A stretch of 55,451 bases of DNA, filler included, from Jimgerdemannia flammicorona (Eukaryota): NCBI GenBank assembly GCA_003990765.1. It is 3 parts of 3 records of this genome, joined end to end, with 100 filler letters (N's around TTAATTAATTAA, not from the genome) between each part and the next. Parts side by side here need not be neighbours in the genome. Positions count along the whole stretch, not along the records: positions 18,521 to 36,938 come from RBNJ01002216.1; positions 37,039 to 55,451 come from RBNJ01002217.1; 1 more part is not named here. One strand, written 5' to 3'. A program made the position numbers and the translations under genes. Of the stretch, positions 24,622 to 37,039 are shown in pieces; the first letter of the stretch is position 1, and the number at the start of each line of letters is the position of its first letter. A model generated the notes under the pieces. The model did no database searches and was not told where the DNA came from. It saw nothing but the letters and a program-made list of their open reading frames with translations.

Positions 24622-25641
24622 TTAATATTTGGTGTGTTTTCCCTTAGCTTTAATTACTGCAGCAATACATCTTGGCATACTCTCTATTAATTTGATACAA
24701 ATGTCTTACAGAATACCATTTCATTTATTCTCCACCCACTTCTACAACTCCTCTATACTGTTCAGCAGTATTTTGTATATACTAAACTTCCTCTTAAGAT
24801 GGCACTATAAATACTTGATTGGATTGATATTAGGAGATTGTGCAGACTAGTCCAGGATGTGAATAGAATGATCAGCAAGCTATTTGGAAGCTGTCTTAGA
24901 TGTATACTTTGGGGTATTATCTTGTTGGAATATAAGCTTCTTTCTGTCCATCTTAAAAAACTGGATAGATTTTTGTAGCTTATTAGTAAGAATACTCATA
25001 TAGAGCTCTGTATTCATTTTACCATCAATCTGGTATATATAGCCTATGCTACAGTAATTTATATGACCCCAGACCATTACTGATCTACCACTGAATTTGA
25101 TAGTCCCTTTTATGTGGCAGTTAAGTAGTATTATGCCTGGCTTCTTCTATACCTATTGATGTCTATTAGACCCAAAATGATTGATCTTTGTCTCATCTGA
25201 AAAAATGACCCATTTTTAGTTATCTAGAGTCTAATATTAGTACTTAAGGGTGAATTCATATCTTGCCTTAATATGATGCTTAAACAACATAGGCTTTTTC
25301 TACTTGATGGTGGTCTTCAGACCTACTCATTTCAGTACCCAGCATATGGTCTTGGTACTAATAAATAGTTTCCCTTCTTCTTTCATAGTTCTGGCAACTA
25401 TTGTAGCAGTTTCTACCTTACCAGTAGTTATTTAGCAAATAGCCCATACCTCATCTCTGGTAGAAAGAGTCTACAGACAATTGCTTTTTGGTAGTATTTC
25501 AACATTACTATAGTACTGATCCCTTATATAGTATATGGTTACCATTCCAATATCCATCTCTTTGGCAATCTTGTGTACTGATATACTAGAATATAGTTTA
25601 TAGATTATGCAGTTATGAATATTTTTGGGGAGCTTTCTCAT
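24622..25641 (-). pseudogene. Tc1 (DD34E-type) transposase
   Basis: IFSDETKIN, VMVWG, FQQDNTPKY, AQSPNINPIKYL and SMPRCIAAVIKAKGKHTKY*, with stops. Confidence 0.92.
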
Positions 25642-27339
25642 AGTTCAAAGTATGTCAGGAGTAGAGAAGATATAGATAATAAAGCCTCAATTAGAGAAAT
25701 TTTTTTTAAAATATCAAGAGCTTGTAAAACAATAGTAGGGACCTCCAGATACCATCAGGGCCATAAGTGTACCAATGATTAATATAACTTTAAATAGTAA
25801 TAACTTTATTTATAATTATCTAAATAAGACAAACTAATATATTTAGAAGTTCTAAACCTATTCTATTACTAGTTAAAAAATGACTTCAATAATATTTTTA
25901 TATAAGCTATAATTAATTTAAAAAGTAAAAATAATAAAATATTAGTATAGTATACAGTACTTATACTCAACCTTTTTGCTACTCCTTTTTAATATACTTA
26001 ATAAAACAAAAATAAAAATTATAAATTAATAGAACATCCTATCAAGTTTAATCTAATGAAGAGTTTTTTTTATTATTACATATAATATTTTAATAAAAGT
26101 AGTTTTTTTTCACTATTTTATAATAGATATTGTGACTTACTAAGACTAGTCATAATTTCAGCCTTAAATTTAAACACTTTACAAAGCCAAATTAAAAATA
26201 AAAAAATTTGAAGTTACAAAATAAAATTGAATCATAACTTATGCTCAAATTTTTGTCACTTCTTTTTGTTACTTTTTTTTTATATATTTAATAAAAAAAT
26301 AATAAAAATCATAAATTGATAAAAAATCCTATAAAGTATAAAACTATGAAAAGTATTTTTTTAATTACTATATATAATATATTAATAAAAATAGGTTTTT
26401 TACTTATATTTATATTTTTCTTATATTTTTTAAATTCTTTCTCCTCTACATTAGTCATATTAAAAAAATATATTATTAGAAATATAAATAGTAAATATTA
26501 TCTACTTTACTTCTATGAAGAGTTTTTTTTTTTAATTTTTTTCTAATTATAATAATATATAAATTTAAATTATATATAATTATGAGATATTGTAACTAAT
26601 AGACTAAGCACTTTTTTAAGGCCAAAATTGTGACCGGCCTTAATTTAAGGCCAAAATTATGCCAAATCTAAATAAAATAAACATTTTACATAAATATGGA
26701 TAACTTTATTAATATATCTCCAAATTTATTTATCTTTATTGTGCTAGATTTCTGTACTAAATGTGAATCCAACAAGCTAAAGTACATTCAAATTGAATGT
26801 ATATTAATAGAGTTATTAATGTTTTTGTGATCAGGTCTATAGATAGGTCTATTTTCTCAAGTTGGCTTTCATTTAAGGCCAAAATTGTGATCGGCCTTTT
26901 GCTGAGTTGAATTCATTCTTCCTAGTCACAATTTTGGCCTTAAACTAAGCACTTTTAAAAGCCAAATCTCAAATTTTTGAAATTATAACCTCAATCGGCT
27001 GAATTTTCTCTTTCACTAGGTTTCCTCTTTGCTATATTTATAAATCTTACTCTTTACTAAGTTCCTCTTTACTGACCTATAGAGATAGGCTTCTTTCAAT
27101 TTGGCTTTGAGAAAGTGTTAGTTTAAGGCCAAAATTGTAACTGATCTTTTACTAAGCTGAATTTATTTGGCTGGGCACAGATTTGGCTTTATAAAAAAGG
27201 CCAAAATTGTGACGGAGGGGAATGAATTCAGCTTAGTGAAAGGCTGGTCACAATTTCAGCCTTAAACTAAAGCCAAATAAAAAAAAAAGAAGTCAGTGAA
27301 AAATTGAATATATTTGATTAAAGTTATTTATACAATATA

Positions 27340-29440
27340 TCAGACAGCTAACTCATGCCTTGGCTAAATAATATTCTGAGAGATATGGCAATGTGAATGA
27401 TATTTTTTAACATCATTTTCTGCATCAGCTAATACAAGTCCTTTTTGATATGCATTTATATATTTTTGTTTATAATAAGATCAACAGAGGCCAAGACTTT
27501 TGGAATATTTTGCTTAAGTCCAGCCCATGTATAATTACAATTAGTTCTAAATATTATAATTAGATAATATAATAATTAGTATTATTATTATATAAATTAT
27601 AATATTATAATTAAATAATATATTATATATCTGCAATACTTTTTTGCACTACTCTAAAAATATTCAATATAATTGAGTTCACAATGGAACTTAGGATAAA
27701 AAATGCATTTATGACTCAAGTTTTCAATGACTTCTTGAAGTGGCTTCTGTGCTTTAAAATCTTCTTGAAGAGATAGAATTTGTACTGCATAATAATCTTC
27801 TATCTTGTATTTTTCTTTGCATTTTCTTTTTAAATCTTCTCTCCAAAGATTTCTTTCTTCAAGTACTTGTTATAAGCCCTTTGCTTTACCATGCAGTTTA
27901 ACAATTTTATATTTCTTTAGAAATATCATTTCTTGAGTAATATTGTTAAACTTTGTAGTTCTCATAAGTGGTTGTTTTCCAGCAAGTCCAAGATTCATCT
28001 TGTGAGCAAATAAAGCATCTGATGCATACATTGAATATCCTTGACTATGATCAAATGCAAATACTGCTATACAGTTGGGATGAATAGCATTGAAAATTGG
28101 AATAGTCTTTTTTTTAATCTAAAAATATAATATTAATTTATATTATAAGTATTTTTTATTAATCTATTTGCAAAATTTAATTATTATTATAAATATACAT
28201 ATCTGATCTATTAGATTATTTCCTGTTCAATAACCTTTCTTAGCCTTTCCAATTTCATATAGACAATAAGCTTCTTTTGGAGGCTTTGGCTTCTTCATAT
28301 CTTTATATTGTCTTTCAGATATAGCCAGTCTTCCAACAGTATCCAGAAGAAAGTCACTAACCATTATACTAGCACCTCTACTTTTTTTTCTTAGAGGAAA
28401 TTGTCCTTTTGGTCCCCATCCATAATTTAGATCATCATTTGCATTAAAAGTAGCCTCATCATATGTAACTAATATATGTTATTGTCTAAGAGGAATGTTG
28501 TGTTGTAATGGTTGAAAATTTTCATCATATTGAACTATAAATGGTTTCCAGTTAGCCATCTGCTTTAAAAATTGTTCACGGGATGCTTTGACATCATCTC
28601 TTTTATGACCATCAACATAGAGTCCTTTTCTGTGCCTACTATAAGTATAGTCCATCTTTAACATCCATCTTCTTACTGTATCTTCATGGATTTTTGTAGA
28701 TTCTGCTGATGTTGAAAAAATCTCTTTTTCTAAGAGATTTTAGAGTAGTAGTAAACTTATTTTTTTCTAAATAAGTTTTTACTACAAGTTTAATGTTTTT
28801 ATCATAAAGAAGACTTTTCTTCTTAGCATGTCTTTCTTGCTGAGAAATAGGAAGAATTCTATTATCAATCTAATCTTGTGTCCATCTTCTCAAAAGCTTT
28901 GCATAATATAAGCCTTTATTGATACTTTCTGCAATCAGATGACTAGCTTGAGAAGCACTTCTGTTATTGTTTCTAAATATCATATATTGTGATATATGGT
29001 GATATTTTAAAATATAATTTAGAGATAGATTCTCTAAATTCTTTATGTAAACTTTGAGTGCAAAAATATGAGGTTCCCAACTGCTGTCAGTCTTTTTATC
29101 TTCATTCTCATCATCATTCTCATCTTTATCTTCATCTTCATCTGTATTCTTATCTTCATCTATATCTTCATCTTTATCATCATTCTCATCATCTTCATCA
29201 TCATCATCATCTTCACCATCATCATCATCATCATCATCATCATTCTCATCTTCTTCTTCTCTTTCATCTTCATCATCATTATCATTCTCATCTTCTTCTT
29301 CTCTTTTATCTTCATCATCATCATTCTCATCTTCTTCTCTTTTATCATCTTTCTCCTCACTATCTTCTTCCTTTTCATCATCATCTTCTCTCTTATTATC
29401 ATCATCTATATTATTATTATTATTATTATTATAATTAATA
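27340..29440 (-). pseudogene. DDE transposase (DGHER / PKFHCELN family) with introns and an acidic N-terminal tract
   Basis: YYAKLLRRW, GLYVDGHKRDDV, TYDEATFNAND, MVSDFL, FAFDHSQG, MNLGLAGKQPLMR, DFKAQKPL and FYPKFHCELNYIEY. Probable AT-rich introns at ~28118-28200 and ~27545-27630. Boundaries approximate. Confidence 0.82.
29090..29435. repeat. (TCA/TCT)n trinucleotide microsatellite, encoding Asp/Glu runs on the minus strand
   Basis: Direct inspection; in frame with the downstream transposase sequence EDKKTDSSWEPH. Confidence 0.85.
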
Positions 29441-29614
29441 TATTAATAATATTAATAATATTTATATATATAATAATATTTACCTATAATCTCTTCTTTC
29501 AGTTTACTTTTTTGATATTTTAAACTTTGTAAGTACTGAGATCATTTAGATGGTCTTGGCATTTTGTTATAACTAAAAAATATAAATTTAATAATTTAGT
29601 AAGATCATCTAAAA

Positions 29615-30468
29615 GAGTGACAGGAGACGGGCAATAGGAGACAGGCGATGGGAGATGGGTGATGGAAGACGAGATGAGTGATAGGAGACAAGATGAGCAA
29701 TGGGAGATGAGATGAGTGATGGGAGATGAGATGAGTGATGGGAGACGAGATGAGCAATAGGAGACGAGACGAGCAATGAGAGATGAGACGAGCGATGAGA
29801 GATGAGATAGACAATGGGAGATGGGTGATGGAAGATGAGATGAGCAATGGGAGATGAGATGAGCAATGAGAGATGAGCTAAGTGATGGGAGATGAGATGA
29901 GTGATGGGAGATGAAACAAGTGATGGGAGACAAGACAGGTGATGGGAGACAAGATGCCAATGGGAGATGAGATAAGTGATGAAAGACAAAATGAGCGATG
30001 AGAGACGAAATGAGTGATGGGAGACAAGATAGGTGATGGGAGACAGGTGATGGAAGATAGGCATCTTGTCTCTCATCACCCGTCTTGTCTCCTATTGCTT
30101 GTTTCATCTCTCATTGCTTGTTTCGTCTTCCATCACTTGTCTTACCTTCTATTGGCATCTTGTCTCCCATCACCCATCTTGTCTCTCATTGCTCATTTCA
30201 TCTCCTATCGCTTGTCTCATCTCCCATCGCTCAGCTCGTCTCTCATCGCTCAGCTCGTCTCTCATCACTTATCTTGTCTCCTATTACTCGTCTCATCTTC
30301 TATTGCCCATCTCTCATTGCCTATCTCCCATCACCTATCTTGTCTCCTGTCTCCTATTGCTCATCTTATCTTCTATCGCCCATCTCCCATCGCCCATTGC
30401 CCATCTCCCATCACCCATCTCCCATCGCCCATCTCGTTTCCCATTGCTCATCTCGTCTCCCATCACTC
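29615..30468. repeat. Foldback palindrome of tandem ~19-bp units (GAGATGAGATGAGCGATGG-like)
   Basis: Purine-rich arm 29615-~30060 and pyrimidine-rich arm ~30061-30468. Variant units such as AAGATGCCAAT are mirrored in order. Confidence 0.9.
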
Positions 30469-32506
30469 ATCTCAGAAAAATATATATATTACATACTTTG
30501 GTTTTGTAAGATATCAAGAAAGATTGTTGACAATATTGACAGATGAACAATCTTATGGCTGAGTTAGAAATAAAATGTAGAGTCACACTGAGAATGAATT
30601 TAGCTCAGCAAAAGGCCGATCACAATTTTGGCCTTAAATGAAAGCCAACTTGAGAAAATAGACCTATCTATAGACCTGATCACAAAAACATTAATAACTC
30701 TATTAATATACATTCAATTTGAATGTACTTTAGCTTGTTGCATCCACATTTAATACAGGAATCTAGTACAATAAAGATAAATAAATTTGGAGATATATTC
30801 ATAAAGTTATTTATATTTATGTGAAATGTTTATTTTATTTAGATTTGGCATAATTTCAGCCTTAAATTAAGGCCGGTCACAATTTTGGCCTTAAAAAAGT
30901 ACTTAGTCTATTAGTCACAGTATCTCATAATTATATATAATTTAAATTTATATATTACTATAATTAGAAAAAAATTAAAAAAAAACTCTTCATAAAAGTA
31001 AAGTAGATAATATTTACTATTTATATTTCTAATAATAATATTTTTTAATATGACTAATATAGAGGAGAAAGGATTTAAAAAATATAAAAAAAATATAAAT
31101 ATAAGTAAAAAATCTATTTTTATTAATATATTATATATAGTAATTAAAAAAATATTCTTCATAGTTTTATACTTTATAGGATTTTTTATCAATTTATGAT
31201 TTTTATTATTTTTTTATTAAATATATCAAGAAAAAGTAGCAAAAAGAAGTAATAAAAATTTGAGCATAAGTTATGATTCAATTTTATTTTATGACTTCAA
31301 ATTTTTTTATTTTTAATTTGGCTTTGTAAAGTGCTTAAATTTAAGGCTGAAATTATGACTAGTCTTAATAAGTTACAATATCTATTATAAAATAGTGAAA
31401 AAAAAACTACTTTTATTAAAATATTATATGTAATAATAAAAAAAACTCTTCATTAGATTAAACTTGATAGGATGTTCTATTAATTTATAATTTTTATTTT
31501 TGTTTTATTAAGTATATTAAAAAGGAGTAGCAAAAAGGTTGAGTATAAGTACTGTGCACTATACACTTATGATCCTTACTATATATTCATTTCTGTATAT
31601 ACTCCTACCTTCATAGAATATCTTTTGAAAATATTATCAATCTGACTGATAAATATTAGAGTAATATTATCTTTTAAGTAATCTAATAAGTTTGATAAAT
31701 ATCTGAAGTTTAGTATAGAATTAAATAAGTAGAATCAGATAATAAAGAGAAAGTTATAATAGTTTATTATATAGTAATAAACTACTGGTATTTTTAACAG
31801 AATTTCTAAATATACATAGTGGTTATATACTATATATAGTATAACTATATATATATCCAGTATATCATATTTAGTTATAGCTTTAATTTATATAAATATA
31901 TATTCTCTATACTGAGTATATTGTAATCTCAGCTCTGCTTTCTCCTCTTAAGAATAAAGAAGTATTTTTATCAAAAACCTTCAAACTGACTTATTAGTAA
32001 TTCTGAGCCTAATCAATTTGAGATATAAGTATAGTATCTCTATCTAGTACAAAACTCCAAAAGTGATACTTAGACTATATATATCTTAATAACAAATATT
32101 TAGAACTTAGCACTTTTTTACAGAACTCAGAAACTAGAACTGATAGTCTATCTAGATTATTTATAATGTATTAATTCTATCAGTATTAGTTTTATTATAA
32201 TAAATAAATAAATATAAAAAACACATTTATTAAATTAATATATTTAATTAATTAAATATTAAAGAATATTAAAAATATTAAAAAATATAATATAAAATTC
32301 ATTTATTTTAAAATATTAAATTAATTAATTAATTAATTAATATAATTAAAACTAATATTGTTATTTTAAATATAATTATAATTTTTTTTTAGTAAAATTG
32401 TTATATTAATAAACTTAATCTAATTTAACTTTCTAATAAAAATATATTGAAAAATTATATATATTAAAATAATTCAATATACTATATACTATAAATATAA
32501 TATACT

Positions 32507-34273
32507 GTCATATAGTGAGTACTGAGTTCTTCAAATATATCAGATTTTCTTCAAGATATATCTCTTAGACTAACTACAAGTTTGTTATAAGCAAGTTCTT
32601 ATTAAAGTGTCTTCTTAAGATCTTATAGTTCTCAAACTTCTTATCTTTAACCTGTCTTGTTATTTCTTAGATTGCTTGTATAGAATTAAATATAAGTGAA
32701 CTGAGGAGACTGACTTTATTTTAAAGAAAATAAGAGGGATATTTATACAAAATATAATTCAATAGTTGCTAAAATATAAAGCTAAATATAAATTTCAATA
32801 ACTAAATAAAATACTGAAATATAGAAAATTTTAGTTGTAAGTATAAATTTGAGTATCTGTACAGTAGTTGTATAAGTTCAAGATGCTGATAGATTTCAGT
32901 AGTATAAGAAAAGGATATCAGAAGATTTTGATATTATAAAGAACTTAGAGCAAAATATTCAAGACCATGGAGGCTTCATCTTTATCACTATTATTAAGAC
33001 TAAAGATTGAGAACAAGATGTCTTTGAAGGAAATAAGATTGAAAAACATTTTATCTATCTTATATATATTATATATATTATATATTTTATATACTTCATA
33101 TATGTTACCAATTAGCAGAATAATATCATTGCTAATGATATCATTGCTGGTAATATCATCATGTTTAGTAGTGGTAGAGAGAAGAATAAGAAGATCTGGG
33201 GCTCTCTAATGACATTCTCTTCTACAAAATAAGAGACAAATGTGAGATCTTAAAGAGGTCTAACCTAGATGCTGAGACCTTAGAATACTGAGATCAATCC
33301 TTATAAGAATTGATTTGAATTGTTCTGGAGGATAAAATTTCAGAAATCTTCTATCTCATCACTATTGAGAGTGATGGTGAATTGGACTTCTATAACCACT
33401 ATAGCCTCTAATGTATTTATGTAGTAGGCTAACAATTCTTTAAAGTCTGAGACTCTGATATACTCTAAGTTAGAGATTGACTATAATGCATACTTAAAGA
33501 CCTGATAAATCTTCTTAGCTATTCTTATTTTATATATATCTATAGAGGTAATATCTTATATCTCTTAGAGACTAATCTGAGAGAATTTCCAGTAGAAGAG
33601 GTTTTCTATTTTATTTTTCTACCATATCTAGAGACATTTAGTAGTGATAGTAATCCTTATTTCTATTTCACAACAGTCAAGAATAAAGTGGTAAGGGTCA
33701 CTAATACCCAGATTGAGGCTAGAGATCTTTCTTGTACAGGTCCTCATAACTCTTCTGATGTCTTAAAATATTCTTTCTTGGACTGAGGGGCCTTGATAGT
33801 TCCTGAATCTTGAGGTTTGATGGGCAGCAAGCATTTTGTTTATAATGAATCTTTGAACTATTTTGGGATTTTGTGAGTCTTGTTTGAATTACTATTACTG
33901 TAATTTCTTAATCCTTCTTTTATATTCTTTGAGATATTTATCTTGTAATCATGATGACTCATAATTGGTCATCACTGCTCATCTTGTAACCTGGATAAAT
34001 CATGCCATATGATCTTCTTGTGCTCCAATCTGGTGACTTGTAAGGAAAGGCTATCTCCTATAATGATATCACCATTCTGAAGTCACTATTACAATATATA
34101 TATTAGCTATAGGAATATATATCAGCTATCTCATCTAATTTATATTATAACAGTTGGTAATTATATAAAAGTCTATAAAGCTAGATCAGCTAGATAAATA
34201 ATTGCAAATAAGAAATATATCTACTTTAAATCTCCTGGCTATACAGAATAGCCATCATCTTGCTACTGTTACA
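32507..34273. mobile_element. Highly decayed LTR-element-like remnant
   Basis: Begins TGTCAT and contains a GGGATATTTATACAA block like the chromovirus LTR. CpG-free. Sharp end at TGTTACA (34273). No confident protein motif. Confidence 0.3.
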
Positions 34274-34296
34274 GTCATACGAGATGTAAAGAGGAT

Positions 34297-34692
34297 GAGT
34301 GAACATACACAGATCGCGAGTTTAATTTCATCGTACAGCTGCACACAATGCTCCACATTGTCCCGACATAATTACATAATAGAAATTCAGCGTGGTCGTG
34401 TTCTGCTTCAGAGGGCACGGCCACCTTGTTGCTGATGTTGTTGCCTGAACATGAACAGGGGATAGATGAGCGAACATGCACAGATTATGATCTTGATTAC
34501 ATCGTACAGCTGCACACAATGCTTCACAGTTCTGACATACTGTAGAGATTCAGCATGGTCAGGGTAGGTTCTGCTTCAGAAACTCTGCTAGGGCGTGTGT
34601 GAGCGAATATACACAGATCGTGAGCTTGATTTTAACGCGCAGCTGCACACAATGCTTCGCATAGTTCAGACATATCACCAAGATTCAGCATC
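34297..34692. repeat. Three imperfect tandem copies of a ~130-170-bp unit
   Basis: GAG(T/C)GAA.AT.CACAGAT...CAGCTGCACACAATGCT...A(A/G)ATTCAGC at ~34297, ~34468 and ~34601. Confidence 0.8.
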
Positions 34693-34820
34693 TGAAACTC
34701 GGCTAGGAGAAATTTCACGACCTCGACGTGCAGCATAGGGCAGCACGTTCTTCTTGGCGTTGGCATCCGTCCTGAACTCGGTCACAAGCAGCCTCACGAC
34801 CTCCCTTCGCCGCCATGTCT
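34690..34820 (-). pseudogene. Ankyrin-repeat-like fragment
   Basis: EVVRLLVTEFRTDANAK and HVEVVKFLLAEF resemble the ankyrin second helix. Frames are broken. Confidence 0.45.
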
Positions 34821-35181
34821 ATCCGCGCCCCGAACACGGCTATTAATTTTGCCATGTGGCACGGTTTATTTCAGGACGAACCTTTTTTGGTTTCAGTCCC
34901 ACTGAGGTCGTGCCAAGGCATATATATACAGATCCTAGTCTTCCAAACTGTAAATATGCTTCCTCGACTTATCTAATGTTGAAGAAAGCCCACACATTGG
35001 CCTGCTGCGCATAGTTTCGTGGTAGACAAGTCGACATTGAGCGATTTGGCGTGTCTCCCTTGAATTTATGTTCACCGGTAATGCGCGCGTCGCGAATGGT
35101 TTTGTCAGCATGAATTTGTCAGGATCGCCCTTCAAAGGTTAGCATGGCTGAATGTGACTGATACGCCTCTTACGAAGAACC

Positions 35182-36583
35182 ATGTCCGCCAAACAGCAAA
35201 TCTTCGGTTACGTCGGTCTCGGAAACATGGGCGGCGCCATGGTACGCAAACCCCAGACTGGCCATTACCTATTCGCAATGCTCCCTCCAAAACCCGCCCG
35301 CTGATCTATCTTTCCCACCTCTATATCAGGCGGCCAACCTCCAAAAACACCTGACCGCGACCGGCCAACCCCCCCTCGTGGTCTTCAACCGGTCGGCATC
35401 CCGCGCCGAACCGCTCCGCGCTCTTGGCGCCGTAGTAGCTGCCAGCCTGGCCGACGTGTCGCATCGCGCCGACGTTGTGTTCACCTGTCTCAGCAACGAC
35501 GCGGCCGTATTGGAGACGTACGAACAATTGCTCGAGGACACCGTCGAGGGAAAGGTGTTCCTTGAGCAAAGTACCGTGAGCTCGGATACTACGGCCAAGG
35601 TCGCAGAAATGGCGAGGAAAAAGGGTGCCACGCTGCTGGGTTCTCCGATCATGGGTAAGAATTTGGATAAAGGATTGTTTAGAGAATGCGAAATAAATCG
35701 ATCTTATTGATCTGACCACCGAAACACCTTTCTCGCACCAGGTCCTCCCGCCAGCGCTGTAAGCGCGCAGCTCGTTATCATCCTTGCCGGCGGCACGGTT
35801 GAGATTCGCGACCGCATCTCGCCTTACCTTGTGCCCATCTTGGGGCGGGCGTTGATCCCGCTCGGCAACGACGAGCGCGACGCCTCCAAGTTGAAGCTTA
35901 CGGGCAACTTCTTCATCTCGTCCATGGTTGAGATGCTGGCGGAGGGGCTGACGTTAGGAGAAGCAGCGGGTGAGCTGAATTTTTATTTATTGCTTTAATA
36001 TAATATATATTGGAACGATCAATACTGGGCGAAGTAAGTGCATACCCATTTCCGGTTTCCGATCTTGACCCATACGTAAATCCCACTAATCTCGCTCACG
36101 ACCCACCAGGCCTCGGTCAGCACAACGTGCAGAAGTTGATCAACGCCGTCTTCGCGGGCACGCCGCTGGTCCCGTACGCGGAACGCATGGTGTCCGAGTC
36201 GTACGACATCGACCTAGCTGCCGGCGAGCGGGCGCAGTTTTCCATCTCTGGTGCGAAGAAGGACGTGTCGCATATACTCAACCTGGCCAAGAAGTGAGTA
36301 ATCGTTTTGTTTGTCTTCTCGTTCAGATGTGTTGTGGGGCCCAGCGATCGCGATTGGTAGCACGATGCAGATCACGAATGAAAAGACATAGCTTGTTGAC
36401 TTCGTTCATCTTAATGCTTGCTCACAATCTCAACCCAGCCACGGCGCCAAACTCCCAATCTCAGAAGTGATATTCGAGCACCTACAGCAGGCTGGAGAGG
36501 AGAAGGGTGACATCGACTTCTCGGGCATTGTGGGCGTGCTGAGAAAGGATGCTGGGCTGCCATTCAATCTGAAGAAAAAGTGA
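35182..36583 (+). CDS. NAD(P)-dependent beta-hydroxyacid dehydrogenase (3-hydroxyisobutyrate/6-phosphogluconate dehydrogenase-like)
   Basis: Exons ~35182-35241, 35330-35654, 35742-35969, 36110-36293 and 36439-36583. Rossmann GYVGLGNMGGAM, VFNRS, EQSTVS, PIMGPP, catalytic KLTGN, and KDVSHIL. Confidence 0.93.
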
Positions 36584-36938
36584 GTGGGGGAGCTTGGGTC
36601 AAGCATAGGATTGAGGATAATAATGCCTTTCGTTGAGATAATAAATTGTCGATGTAGGAAAGAAAAAATAATTTGAAGTATTCAAGACAGCCAGAGTTGG
36701 GGTCGTGTGTTGTTGAGAGGCGTCAGAATGACGCGTGTACGCCGATATATCATTCAATATTTTATTTTTCGGGATCCGCTCGATCGGACAAACAAACAAC
36801 CAAATCCAACGCGCTCTCGGGACCTTTCTTTTTATTTTTTTTTGGTGGTCTCATGGACGATCAGGGATTTTTGAACCCCCGAATTCCGATCGGCGCTCCA
36901 GCAAGTTGTACATTTTTTGAGCTGGTTGGAATGTGATA

Positions 36939-37038
36939 NNNNNNNNNNNNNNNNNNNNNNNNNNNNNNNNNNNNNNNNNNNNTTAATTAATTAANNNNNN
37001 NNNNNNNNNNNNNNNNNNNNNNNNNNNNNNNNNNNNNN
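36939..37038. other. Assembly spacer (N44-TTAATTAATTAA-N44)
   Basis: Same 100-bp linker as at 18421. Confidence 0.97.
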
Positions 37039-37039
37039 A

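Larger units (their letters stand above)
25948..31561 (-). mobile_element. IS630/Tc1/mariner-superfamily DNA transposon with ~970-bp TIRs
   Basis: 25948-~26919 is the inverted copy of ~30591-31561. TA duplication at 25946-47 and 31562-63. Internal subrepeats TTAAGGCCAAAATTGTGAC. Confidence 0.88.
24381..31581 (-). mobile_element. Tc1-family transposon with ~220-bp TIRs; right TIR split by a nested element
   Basis: TIR 24381-24601 mirrors 25746-25947 plus 31564-31581. TA flanks. Termini decayed from CAGT. Confidence 0.85.

Noticed and set aside
29615..30468. CRISPR-like array
   Set aside because: Tandem units without unique spacers, in a eukaryotic context with no cas genes.
29058..30562. His-, Ile-, Met- and Ser/Leu-rich ORFs in the track
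   Set aside because: Translations of the microsatellite and the foldback repeat, not genes.
26316..31192. Paired hydrophobic ORFs (MIKNPIKYK...) on opposite strands
   Set aside because: Chance AT-rich frames within the two copies of the long TIR.
3616..34273. One giant LTR element bounded by TGTAAG (3616) and TGTTACA (34273)
   Set aside because: Flanks CCCTG and GTCAT do not form a TSD, no terminal repeats are evident, and a gap intervenes.
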